Position numbers and translations under genes: made by a program. Under the pieces are notes generated by a model. It searched no databases and was not told the origin of the DNA. It worked only from the letters and a program-made list of their open reading frames with translations. From a virus, in IMG/VR virus record IMGVR_UViG_3300023184_000106, positions 3,722 to 67,721 of that record: 64,000 nucleotides of DNA; one strand, written 5' to 3'. Each line of letters opens with the position of its first letter. Within the stretch, counting starts at the first letter, position 1. Shown here one piece after another: positions 17,472-26,815 of the stretch.

Positions 17472-18434
17472 TCATAATACACTTGATCTTTCATCTAAAA
17501 TTTTGTAAAATTTTGTAAAATCTATTTCACAAGCTGCCTCAAATTCTTTTAATTTTTCAATTGATGGGGCACCCCAATACCCTATATAGTCACCCAACAG
17601 AATTTCTCGCATAATCCTTTTACCCTCATTGTACCTTTTCATATAAAACGGGAAAAGCCTTGAGTCATTATTTGCCAAGCTTCTCCAATCATCTTTGTTG
17701 TCTTTCCCATGGGCACCTTTAGTTGTTTTTTTATTATAGTGAAAACATATGTTTGGTTTAATAGAAAACATCTGGTATCCTCTGCACCACGCACGCAAAG
17801 AATATATTGGCTCATCTCCACCCCAAACAATCCTGGGATCATGCAAAATTTCAGAATATAAGTCTGGCCTGCTAAAAGTAAATTGAGCAGATATTAAATT
17901 GTGTTCTATATAATCACCGTTTTCAAAACCAACACCTTCTATTGTTGGGTATCCGTCTTGAAATGCAGAAACCTCTGAGTCTTTAAATATTAATTTTTGA
18001 GGACTATTTGATACTTCGGCATATAAAATACTGCCCGACTCATCATAAGTCCATGCTGGCGCTCTTGAGCTGATGATTGGTTTTTTTGCTATCTTTTCAA
18101 GTTTATTAAAGCATTCCACTATTGTGGTGTCCCAATGTTTAACAAATATCATATGTGAGTCTAGCTGCAAAACGTAGTTGGTGTCTGGCATAATAATAGA
18201 TGAAGCAATTAGTCTAGCCAGGCCGACACCTTGTGTCCCACTAAATTCCATATTCATATAAAAAACATTTTTAATATCTGTAAAATCAGTTTTTGTAAAG
18301 CCGTTCAGGCATGAATCAAATATGACAAATGATAGATTGTCTGGGTTATCTGCATTATCTATAGCGCTTAAAACAGTTTGTTTTAAATCCTTCTCATTAG
18401 CGCTAATAATTGCTACCAAAATTTTACTGCTCAT
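17472..18434 (-). CDS. GT-A glycosyltransferase, GT60/Skp1-hydroxyproline GlcNAc-transferase-like
   Basis: SAIDNADNPDNLSF, GVGLAR, YVLQLDSHMIFVKHWD, GDEP..SLRAW.RGY; leaderless TATACT-N6-ATG. Confidence 0.75.
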   Translation of the reverse strand: MSSKILVAIISANEKDLKQTVLSAIDNADNPDNLSFVIFDSCLNGFTKTDFTDIKNVFYMNMEFSGTQGVGLARLIASSIIMPDTNYVLQLDSHMIFVKHWDTTIVECFNKLEKIAKKPIISSRAPAWTYDESGSILYAEVSNSPQKLIFKDSEVSAFQDGYPTIEGVGFENGDYIEHNLISAQFTFSRPDLYSEILHDPRIVWGGDEPIYSLRAWCRGYQMFSIKPNICFHYNKKTTKGAHGKDNKDDWRSLANNDSRLFPFYMKRYNEGKRIMREILLGDYIGYWGAPSIEKLKEFEAACEIDFTKFYKILDERSSVL

Positions 18435-18464
18435 ATTATAAGTATACCTTTCTTTTTGCTAGGG

Positions 18465-18536
18465 CACCCCTGGCTGGAATCGAACCAGCGACAAACAGAT
18501 TAGAAGTCTGTTGCTCTTCCGCTGAGCTACAAAGGT
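18465..18536 (-). tRNA. tRNA-Arg(TCT)
   Basis: Cloverleaf ACCTTTG/CAGGGGT acceptor, GCTC/GAGC D-stem, ACAGA-CTTCTAA-TCTGT anticodon arm, GCTGG-TTCGATT-CCAGC T-arm; no encoded CCA; TTGACT-N17-TATAAT promoter inside the end of the upstream gene. Confidence 0.92.
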
Positions 18537-19958
18537 TTATGTTAATATATTATACCCGTAATATTGTTGCCAGTCAATAGTGTCTTGAATATCATTTAAT
18601 AGAGGTTGGCCCTTTATGTTTAAACTAGTATTTAATAACATTGGAACTCCAGTTTGTAAATAAAATTTATTTAAAACTCTGTGTAATCCTGGATGCTGAT
18701 CCCTTGTTACTGTTTGTACTCTAGATGTTCCATCAAAATGAACAACAGAAGGAACCCTTGATGGCTGCAAGCATTTAACTGTATACTGCATATATGGACT
18801 TTCAAAATCCATATCGAACCATTTAGATGCATGATCCGCCATAACAACTGGAGCAAAGGGTCTAAACAGCTCTCTTTGTTTAATTAAATTTACTTTATTT
18901 TTTATATTAGGATCTCTAGGATCCGCAAGTATACTTCTATTACCAAGTGCCCTTGGTCCGTATTCTGCTCTTCCTGATGCAACTGCAACAACACCATCTT
19001 TTAATATGCCATCAATAATTTTTTGAACTGGGTACTCTCCACCTAAATCATGGCCTAAATATGGAGACTTCCATTCCAAATGTTTACCGTACAATGCTGC
19101 AGCGGCACCCAAAGAACTTCCAGCATCTCCAGGGTTTGGCATTATCCATATCATGTCAAATATATTCCACAACAAAGTATTTGCTGAAGAGTTAAGAGCA
19201 CACCCACCCATAAATACTAAATTGTTTTTACCAGTAAGAGACTTTGCCATACGCATAAATTGATTTAGTCTTTGCTCATAAACTACTTGTACTGCTGCAG
19301 CAATATCAAATTTATCTTGTTCTGAAATCCAGCCCCAGTCGGTGATTCCCTTATGAAAATTATATTTTTGCTTATCATAACTTGGAAAATAATCATCTAC
19401 TTCCTTATAATACTTTTTCCAGTCTCCGTGTGCTGCCATACCCATCATTATATATTCTTCTTGATTTGGCATAAGTCCGATTAGCTGAGTAAAAGCTGAG
19501 TAGAATAATCCAAAACTAACTGGATAGTTTTGTTTATATTTCAACTTAATTTTTTCACCTTCTCCAACCCATATTGTTGATGTATTGTATTCTCCAATAG
19601 CATCTAGTACCACTATTGCGGCGTCATTAAATTTACTTGTATAGTATCCTGCTGCTGCATGAGAGTAATGGTGGCTAAAAGATTTTTTAGGTATACCTGA
19701 AATATTGAATCTTGGCTTCCATTCCCCAGAACCGCCCCTTAGAAGCAGTCTGGAGGCTTTTAGAAGAGGTTTTTCGTAGTAGGCGATAGCATCAGGTGCG
19801 CCATAAGATAAGGCATCCTCAATCAAGCCGTCAGCAATATACCAGTCATTCTTTTTCTTGCTATATCTTTCAGAATGTCCTGCAAATAATATCTCACCAT
19901 CTTTAATTAAAGATAGTGATGCGTCATGAGATGTTTCATTAACCCCTAATATTATCAT
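18537..19958 (-). CDS. O-carbamoyltransferase (NodU/CmcH/TobZ family)
   Basis: SHDAS, ERYS, HHYSHA, DAIGE, GGCALN, GDAGSSLG, EYGPRALGNRS, FRPFAP, LNTSLN. Confidence 0.95.
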   Translation of the reverse strand: MIILGVNETSHDASLSLIKDGEILFAGHSERYSKKKNDWYIADGLIEDALSYGAPDAIAYYEKPLLKASRLLLRGGSGEWKPRFNISGIPKKSFSHHYSHAAAGYYTSKFNDAAIVVLDAIGEYNTSTIWVGEGEKIKLKYKQNYPVSFGLFYSAFTQLIGLMPNQEEYIMMGMAAHGDWKKYYKEVDDYFPSYDKQKYNFHKGITDWGWISEQDKFDIAAAVQVVYEQRLNQFMRMAKSLTGKNNLVFMGGCALNSSANTLLWNIFDMIWIMPNPGDAGSSLGAAAALYGKHLEWKSPYLGHDLGGEYPVQKIIDGILKDGVVAVASGRAEYGPRALGNRSILADPRDPNIKNKVNLIKQRELFRPFAPVVMADHASKWFDMDFESPYMQYTVKCLQPSRVPSVVHFDGTSRVQTVTRDQHPGLHRVLNKFYLQTGVPMLLNTSLNIKGQPLLNDIQDTIDWQQYYGYNILT

Positions 19959-20018
19959 TAGTATATGTACTTTCTATTTTTCATAATCTTTTTTATTTTT
20001 CTTTTAACCAGCATTCTT

Positions 20019-20846
20019 TTAATTATTTTTATAATTTATAAACTCCTCATAAAACTTTTCTGCCCATACTTTATGAAACCCTTTGCCAAAATGAAAGCCG
20101 TCCCTTGCGACTAAATCCTCTATCTTAATGCCCCAATGATCTTTCCCTGACGGTGCAGTTAAAACATAATCCGAAGAATCATACTCTGTAAATATTCCAA
20201 TAGGGTAACTATCTGGGTGCCAAGTGGACCAATAAAGTTTTACAGAATTTATTTTGCAAAATTGAATTAATGTTCTTAAAATAAAATTACTAAAAAATAT
20301 ATTTATATTAAGCTCAGGAATTTCGCCACCTTTAGTAAAAAAATCTAAAAATTTAGAATCTAATTTTGTTAGCTCTTTTTTATTTTTATATACTGGATGA
20401 ATTAATTTTTCTTCTGACCAGGAAAGGTACCTGCTGTGATCTGGAAGTTGTAGAAATATGTAATCTGGAATTCCATAATCACTAATATACTGAAAAATAT
20501 TTAATATAATTAATGGGGTCGTCAAGCCAGTTTTACCAACATTATAGTAGCCAGACGCATTGATGTCGTTTTTAATTTTATTATATAAAACATGTGACCA
20601 TGTGTCCTCTAGTAAATTAGACGCCCCCTCTGTTTCGGAACATCCTCCAAACAATACGTGCGTCCCGACATGCTCTTTTATAAAATTATCACACCTAAAC
20701 CCAATATTGTTATATTGATAAATTATACTTAGATCAACCTCCAAACCTAATTCTTTTTCGTATCTTAAACTAAATTCTTCAGTATTTGGAGACAACTCTC
20801 CAAAATATCCTAGAGAAAAAAAGTTATCTCTTTGATTAGATATCAT
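20019..20846 (-). CDS. SGNH-like hypothetical protein
   Basis: FGGCSETEG block-I-like motif and terminal DGFHFG. Confidence 0.55.
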   Translation of the reverse strand: MISNQRDNFFSLGYFGELSPNTEEFSLRYEKELGLEVDLSIIYQYNNIGFRCDNFIKEHVGTHVLFGGCSETEGASNLLEDTWSHVLYNKIKNDINASGYYNVGKTGLTTPLIILNIFQYISDYGIPDYIFLQLPDHSRYLSWSEEKLIHPVYKNKKELTKLDSKFLDFFTKGGEIPELNINIFFSNFILRTLIQFCKINSVKLYWSTWHPDSYPIGIFTEYDSSDYVLTAPSGKDHWGIKIEDLVARDGFHFGKGFHKVWAEKFYEEFINYKNN

Positions 20847-21774
20847 TTGTTAAAATAAGTTTTCCAAGTGTTATTCTATCTCTTATTTTTTCATGCATGA
20901 TCTTTGCATCTTTTAGGCTCATCTTATCTCCGATAATAATCTTAATCTTTTTATTTTTAATTAAATCAAATAATGCATTTACAACATTTGCTAATCTATC
21001 TGAGTCATGTAAGAATAAGGCAGTTCCCCAAAATCCAGAGACTGTCTTTGTGTCCTTAAGCAAATCTCTTATCTGAATAGATGGAAGTCCATCTCTAGAT
21101 GAAGCTCCGTATGAGCATATGTGTCCACCAGTAGAAAGCATTGCGTAGTACCCCATGAAATGTTTGCCTCCGTATGATTCCATGATAAATTTTGGCCTGC
21201 ACCCTATTGACTTTATTATTTTATTTATTTCAGTATCTAGAAAAGCAAAATCTACACCTAGAGTTTTAATAAATTCTATCTTTTGCTCACTTGAAGTAAC
21301 TCCTACTACAGTAGCACCAGCAAGTTTACACAGCTGAATTAAAATCATTCCGACTGCGCTTGAGGCACCATTGACCAAAACAACGTCACCTGGCAATATA
21401 TTGCAGACATCGTTTACAATTCCATATGCTGTGGATCCTTGACATATGACAGACAGGGCTTCTTCTTCAGTCACGCCTTCTGGAACCTCAAACATTTTGT
21501 CTTTATTAATAATAATTTTTTCTGCATAAGCACCGCTTGATGTGTAACCTACAAATAATTTATTGTCCAGAATAAAGGAAGCCTCAATGCCAGGTATGAC
21601 TGGTGGTAGGGACTGAACTAAATAAGTATTTTCTGTTTGATAGGTGTCGGCATAGTTTACGCCAATCATTCTAGTATCCGCTACTACCTGGTTACTATTT
21701 GGTATTGGATCCCTGTAGTCAACATATTCCATAACTTCTGGTCCACCAAACGACTTTACAACAATTGCTTTCAT
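20836..21774 (-). CDS. NADPH:quinone oxidoreductase (Zn-independent MDR family)
   Basis: FGGPEVM, GVNYAD, PGIE, GAYAE, GASSAVG, GKLIL. Confidence 0.9.
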   Translation of the reverse strand: MKAIVVKSFGGPEVMEYVDYRDPIPNSNQVVADTRMIGVNYADTYQTENTYLVQSLPPVIPGIEASFILDNKLFVGYTSSGAYAEKIIINKDKMFEVPEGVTEEEALSVICQGSTAYGIVNDVCNILPGDVVLVNGASSAVGMILIQLCKLAGATVVGVTSSEQKIEFIKTLGVDFAFLDTEINKIIKSIGCRPKFIMESYGGKHFMGYYAMLSTGGHICSYGASSRDGLPSIQIRDLLKDTKTVSGFWGTALFLHDSDRLANVVNALFDLIKNKKIKIIIGDKMSLKDAKIMHEKIRDRITLGKLILTNDI

Positions 21775-22181
21775 TATATTCCCATTTCTAATCTATATTC
21801 AATAAGCATATCGTATAATAAATCAGAATATGATTTATTAACAATAAGAAATTGATTCATGTTTGGACTGCATAGCTGTATCAATTCATCATAAGTATCT
21901 GCATCTATTTCAAAAAACCACCTGATATGCTTAATAAATAAAACAAAAAGATCATGGGCCTCTTTTGTTTTTGCGGATATCCCCAAATTAATTGCTTTAT
22001 CAAAACTATCTTGGAAAGCATAAGCTTCTTTAAGCATAAAAGAATATTCATCTTTTGAATAACTTTTCATTTTTTCGGTAGCTTTTATTACCCACGGGTT
22101 GTTTGGGAAAGCTTTAGCTATATTTTGGAATAAGAACCTTCTATTCTCAAAAACATCATCGTCAAAATTAATTGTCGGCAT
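21774..22181 (-). CDS. TipAS-like helical ligand-binding protein
   Basis: EKMKSYSKDEY...EA...F...G....KEA resembles TipAS EKTASYTKEDW...EA...F...G...SEGA (by-eye alignment). Confidence 0.5.
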   Translation of the reverse strand: MPTINFDDDVFENRRFLFQNIAKAFPNNPWVIKATEKMKSYSKDEYSFMLKEAYAFQDSFDKAINLGISAKTKEAHDLFVLFIKHIRWFFEIDADTYDELIQLCSPNMNQFLIVNKSYSDLLYDMLIEYRLEMGI

Positions 22182-22494
22182 TAAAAATATCCCCCTCTTC
22201 TAGCGGTATAATTCCTTTTTCTTTTGCAATCTTATATCCTTCTGGGGATAACATTAATGTGGCTTCTAAATTTTCATCGTATTCAACATCCACTAATCCT
22301 TCTTCATATAGCTCAATAAGTGATTCATCTACATAATTCATATGTGATTCCCACAGCTCGGGGGCAAGAGATTGAGTAATATCTTCGTCTATTTCATATA
22401 CAATTTCTCCATCTTTATCTACCCCAGCCACCCTGATTGCTCCTATCTCTAAGTAGTGAGCTAGTTTTTCATTATGATATTGTTCATCATTCAT
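22168..22494 (-). CDS. Hypothetical acidic protein
   Basis: ORF track; start moved to MNDEQ. Confidence 0.6.
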   Translation of the reverse strand: MNDEQYHNEKLAHYLEIGAIRVAGVDKDGEIVYEIDEDITQSLAPELWESHMNYVDESLIELYEEGLVDVEYDENLEATLMLSPEGYKIAKEKGIIPLEEGDIFNADN

Positions 22495-22495
22495 T

Positions 22496-23197
22496 TTAAT
22501 ACCCCATGGCATCTAGTATGCCGTTAACTATTTTTTGGCTAAATGGCTTTTTTAAATGGTCAAGCTTAATATCTGTTTCTTTATACTGATCACATGCTAG
22601 GCATTCATGACATTCAAATGATTCATCTAGTCTATCAACACCCAGAATATCTTCTATGGATATTGGGTCTTTTAAACCTTCTTCAGATACATGCTTTTTT
22701 AAAAAATACTTAAATTCTTCATAATATGGGAATCTGTCATCAAAATCATAGTTCGGTGATCCACTACCGATAGCGTTAACAAATTGTGGTATAGGATTTA
22801 CAAAACGTATTTGATGTCCCTTAAAAAATGAAAGAGTTTTACCGACATAACGAGATACAACCTCTTCAGTATTTTTTTTATGTGGCAAGTGTGCTTTAAC
22901 ATCAATATATCCAAATGATGGGAGTACGACAGAATTAGAATCAAGTGTTTTAAGAATGCAGGGGTATCCACCATTTGTATATGTTGATGAGTATGCACTG
23001 GCGCCCCTGAAGCCAGAAAAATACATATCTGCTCTGAGTCCCACTGCACGTGCAACGTGAGTAGATGCACATTCTGATGGATTTGGGATATCGTCATCTG
23101 GCGGAGTTCGGCCAATCCAGCTGCAATAGCTTACTGCTTCGCCTTGTCCAGACAAAGCCATTCTAAACTGATGGCTATCTCCAATTGAATACAACAT
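22496..23197 (-). CDS. SGNH-like hypothetical protein
   Basis: IGDSH at the N-terminus, FGYID, terminal DH. Confidence 0.55.
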   Translation of the reverse strand: MLYSIGDSHQFRMALSGQGEAVSYCSWIGRTPPDDDIPNPSECASTHVARAVGLRADMYFSGFRGASAYSSTYTNGGYPCILKTLDSNSVVLPSFGYIDVKAHLPHKKNTEEVVSRYVGKTLSFFKGHQIRFVNPIPQFVNAIGSGSPNYDFDDRFPYYEEFKYFLKKHVSEEGLKDPISIEDILGVDRLDESFECHECLACDQYKETDIKLDHLKKPFSQKIVNGILDAMGY

Positions 23198-23212
23198 CTA
23201 CTTACCTTTCTG

Positions 23213-23286
23213 TGCAACAGCTCGGACTTGAACCGAGGATTACCGAATTATGAGTTCGGGGCTTTAACCAACTAAGCTACTGTTGC
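23213..23286 (-). tRNA. tRNA with CAT anticodon (Ile2/lysidine or elongator Met)
   Basis: GCAACAG/CTGTTGC acceptor, CCGAA-CTCATAA-TTCGG anticodon arm, CTCGG-TTCAAGT-CCGAG T-arm; own TTGACA-N18-TATACT promoter. Confidence 0.9.
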
Positions 23287-23302
23287 CTAGTTGTAAGTAT
23301 AC

Positions 23303-23545
23303 CTAAACTGACTTGCCGTTGTCAATACTATTCTGAACTACTTGCTGTACATACTCTGAAAAATGTTTACTTAAGTTACCTGGAGGCCTATGTCCAATTT
23401 TTTCCCAAAGCTTACTGTACTCTAAAACATTATAATACGTTGTAGGACACAGTGTAGTTCTATTAAATTCTTTTAGGATTATTGGTAATGGTACATGCTT
23501 ACCGCAGCACTTACAATCTTTTGCTTTTTCTTGATATATACTCAT
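23303..23545 (-). CDS. Hypothetical Cys-containing protein
   Basis: CKCCGKH...LCP; coupled to terL. Confidence 0.6.
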   Translation of the reverse strand: MSIYQEKAKDCKCCGKHVPLPIILKEFNRTTLCPTTYYNVLEYSKLWEKIGHRPPGNLSKHFSEYVQQVVQNSIDNGKSV

Positions 23546-25326
23546 ATTATTTCCATATTCTCTATAGCGTTTGCCAAGCTTATTGGTATTCTGGGTGGTC
23601 TTATCATATTATACCTAGTTTCTTCCTCATCTTTAACATTATCGTATACAATAGAATCATAAGTGTGAACCTCAACTTCCCCAAAAGCTGGTCTAGTGAG
23701 GCTTATTGCATTATATATTGACCCACAGACTGCATCGGCTAAATCTTTTGAGCCTTTCCGTGGGTGATCCACCTTGTCCCTTATAATTCTTAACTCAAGT
23801 AGCTCGTCTATCAAAAGATTGATGTGTGGCCCAGAAAGTCTTTCTTCTAGAACTACCATAGCCATGTCGTCGTAATGCTTTTTTGCAACAGATAAAGTCT
23901 CGGTATTTATACCATACTGCTTAAGTTGCTGCATCATGTCATGAGAGTTCCACCTATCAAAAGTACAAATTCTTATATTAAACCCTCTTGATCTTAATGA
24001 CAATATGTAATCCCTTACTTCAGTAAAATCAACAGATTTATCAGATGTAGGGGTCCAATATCTTACTGAGTCTACTTCTACAATCGGAGCTTGCTGAGAA
24101 TAGGTATCTGTTACTTTTACGTTTACCCATTTTTTAATATGGGACATTGCAACTGCACAATGGTCATGTTTTTGTGCAAGGTCGACGTGGATAAAATATT
24201 CTTTTGAGTCTTCTGGTTTAAACCATTCTTCAAATCTTCCGTGCTCATCTGTTGCCAATGCCAAATTGTTAAAAGATTTTTCTACTTTATCTCTTGATTT
24301 AAAAAATGCATCAATAGCCTCTGGGGGCATGCAGGCAAATCTACCAAGTGCGTCTACTGGATCTCTGTAAAATGATATCTTAAAGTCATTAATATCTCTA
24401 GTCGGGTTTACTTCCCACGTAGGCCTTTTTATAGCATACACCCTAGGATATTTATAAGACACAATATGGTCTTCATCCCAGGATATCTCAAATTCGTTGC
24501 CTGCGGTCTCATCTGGCAAATCGTTGTCTAGCTTAAATTTATATACTCTAGATATGGTTTCTTTTTCTGCAATAACATCTGCGTATCTTTGCTGAATATA
24601 ATCATTCTTAAATCTTGGGAATGATAATAAAATTACTTTTCCGTAATCTGGAAAACGTGAATCAACTGATGCCCTGTACATCTCATATATTCCGCTTGCA
24701 GTCTTTGCCTGATCATGCCCACTGGTGCTTTCAAGAGAGAAGCCCGATATCTCATCTAGCACAACTACAAGTACGTTATAACCCTCAAACGCTTCTCTTT
24801 CTGAGTGACCTGAGTATACTGTAACATTTTTATCAAATTTAATTTCAGATGCTTTTTCAAAATATTTTCCGATAAACCACGGAGATTTTGTTATTCTTGT
24901 TTTAAATCCTTTAAAAAAAACATTGTTCGCTTGTTGTGAGTTAATTGCAATATTAATAATATCAATTGAATCTCCTGGGGGTTTCCCATAGTATGTCGCT
25001 GGGTCTTTTAAGCACAGCAACAAATAAACAATATAGGCAACGGAGATTGTTGAGCAGTAATCCTTACCGCTTCCTTTTCCTAATTGTGCAATTACTTCAT
25101 TACATGTCTGCCTGTATCTTAATGTTCCCTCTTCGCCAAACAACTTTACTAGCGTAGCCTCTTTATAAATCTGAGAACTTTTTTCAATTAAAGTGTATTG
25201 ATGCTCAGAAAGTTCTGGAAGGCCAAGATACTGCTTATCTGTTACAAAAGTTTTTAGATCGACTGGTCTTTCATCAAACTCTTCGCCATCCAGGATGTCA
25301 ATCAAATCATTAAAATTAAGATCCAC
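23542..25326 (-). CDS. terL: Terminase large subunit
   Basis: Walker A GKGSGKD, Walker B VVVLDE, LLSFPR coupling motif, RNase-H-like HVDLA and DHP..GSKDLADA. Confidence 0.92.
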   Translation of the reverse strand: MDLNFNDLIDILDGEEFDERPVDLKTFVTDKQYLGLPELSEHQYTLIEKSSQIYKEATLVKLFGEEGTLRYRQTCNEVIAQLGKGSGKDYCSTISVAYIVYLLLCLKDPATYYGKPPGDSIDIINIAINSQQANNVFFKGFKTRITKSPWFIGKYFEKASEIKFDKNVTVYSGHSEREAFEGYNVLVVVLDEISGFSLESTSGHDQAKTASGIYEMYRASVDSRFPDYGKVILLSFPRFKNDYIQQRYADVIAEKETISRVYKFKLDNDLPDETAGNEFEISWDEDHIVSYKYPRVYAIKRPTWEVNPTRDINDFKISFYRDPVDALGRFACMPPEAIDAFFKSRDKVEKSFNNLALATDEHGRFEEWFKPEDSKEYFIHVDLAQKHDHCAVAMSHIKKWVNVKVTDTYSQQAPIVEVDSVRYWTPTSDKSVDFTEVRDYILSLRSRGFNIRICTFDRWNSHDMMQQLKQYGINTETLSVAKKHYDDMAMVVLEERLSGPHINLLIDELLELRIIRDKVDHPRKGSKDLADAVCGSIYNAISLTRPAFGEVEVHTYDSIVYDNVKDEEETRYNMIRPPRIPISLANAIENMEII

Positions 25327-25855
25327 TTGACTCTTCTAAATCTATTATCACATGCTCTACTATCCCAGTTATCTGGGATAATCTTTTTGCAACCTCTAGC
25401 TTGCATTTAGGGCAAACAGCGGTTACTTCTTTTAATATCTTAACCAATACTTCTTGCTTTCTTTCCATCTCGGCAAGGTCTGTTGCTAATTCTGCATTAT
25501 CAAGTAGGCCAACTTCTTGAAGCATTCCTATTCTTTTTCCTTCAATATCTGCAATTAATTTTAATGTGGTTGCCTTTACGTTTAGTTGCCCAAGCTGGTC
25601 TGCATCCTCTACCGTCTTCCAGGCCTCTTTAATTAGCATTGCATAGTGTTGGTCCGCACCAGAGATCGCCTGCTTAGCCCTCTCACGAGCCCCAGAATCC
25701 GTTCTAACGGCCTCTTTCCACTCATCTATATACTCTATAACCTCTGACCTTTTAAAACCCGTTAGAGTAGATATTTTTGTTGCGTTGTTACCTTTAAGTA
25801 GTTCTTCAACTACCTTGTTCATTCGATCATAATGATCAGCTAATTCAATTTCCAT
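25316..25855 (-). CDS. HTH protein, probable terminase small subunit
   Basis: N-terminal HTH-like segment, helical body, immediately upstream of terL; TTGACA-N17-TATACT promoter at 25864-25892. Confidence 0.55.
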   Translation of the reverse strand: MEIELADHYDRMNKVVEELLKGNNATKISTLTGFKRSEVIEYIDEWKEAVRTDSGARERAKQAISGADQHYAMLIKEAWKTVEDADQLGQLNVKATTLKLIADIEGKRIGMLQEVGLLDNAELATDLAEMERKQEVLVKILKEVTAVCPKCKLEVAKRLSQITGIVEHVIIDLEESSGS

Positions 25856-25888
25856 AGATATACAGTATACTTTCAGTCAACTAAAATG

Positions 25889-26230
25889 TCAATTGGATTT
25901 AGCCTTTGCAATTTTATATAGGACTAAATATCCAATTAAATCATCAATATCGTTGTCTCCAGAAAATCCTTGGTTGTTCTTTACCCTACTTAGTTTATCA
26001 TCAATACGGACCTTTAACTGCTCTGCTGGGTCCGCCGTTGAAAATATTCTTGTTGGCTCCAGGGCCGAATTGCCATAGGATATATTTTTATCAATTAGCA
26101 ATTGTGCAATTTCATGACAGGCAGACCAAATTTTATTACCTGCTGGTGCGCTTACTGATTGAAGGTACAGATCACTACATCTAAATTCTTTTACATCTGG
26201 AAAAACTGCCCTAAGAGCCATAATATTCAT
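25889..26230 (-). CDS. DUF1599-like / nucleotide-modification-associated helical protein
   Basis: KNISYGNS, RIDDKLSR, DDLIGYLVL motifs. Confidence 0.6.
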   Translation of the reverse strand: MNIMALRAVFPDVKEFRCSDLYLQSVSAPAGNKIWSACHEIAQLLIDKNISYGNSALEPTRIFSTADPAEQLKVRIDDKLSRVKNNQGFSGDNDIDDLIGYLVLYKIAKAKSN

Positions 26231-26813
26231 CCACCTTTGAAATTACATAATCTACAATACGCTCAGAATCTTCTGGGGTATGATGTTTAAATTCATCTAT
26301 CGTTGTATATTTTCTGCTAATAACATTATACATTACCTCAATTGGTTCTGGCAAGTCATTTTCTTGTGAAATTTTTCTAAGTAGTACGGTTACATCTTCC
26401 CATGGCTGATAAGTTTCATCATCTTCATACATCCACCATGGGCACATAAAGATTAGTTTAGTATTATATTCTTTACAAAATCTAATTATTTCTGAAGTAT
26501 ATTTATACATTACACTATCAACATTTTTATATTTTTTGTTATACTCCATAACTGCGTCCATACCTCCAAATTCTGAAATAATTACAGAATGCTCTCCCAA
26601 ATCAGAAATATTATTTTTAAATAAATCTTTTAAGTAATCAAAATCTACTTTATATGCACCCCTGCTAGTTTGCCATAAAAATTTTAAGTTGTATCCCGAC
26701 TTTAATCTGCTATGAGATCCGTATGCAAGATGTTTACCATTCATTGGTATCTTTACACCCGCAGATGCGTAGGCTATTTGGCTATCCCCTATTATAAATA
26801 TGCTTTCTATCAT
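26211..26813 (-). CDS. SGNH-like protein, tandem paralog 2
   Basis: IGDSQ, EFGGMD, KHHTPEDSE; colinear with 26816..27415. Confidence 0.6.
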   Translation of the reverse strand: MIESIFIIGDSQIAYASAGVKIPMNGKHLAYGSHSRLKSGYNLKFLWQTSRGAYKVDFDYLKDLFKNNISDLGEHSVIISEFGGMDAVMEYNKKYKNVDSVMYKYTSEIIRFCKEYNTKLIFMCPWWMYEDDETYQPWEDVTVLLRKISQENDLPEPIEVMYNVISRKYTTIDEFKHHTPEDSERIVDYVISKVDEYYGS

Positions 26814-26815
26814 TT

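Noticed and set aside
23213-23286. CAT tRNA as initiator tRNA-fMet
   Set aside because: Paired 1:72 position and no three consecutive G:C pairs closing the anticodon stem
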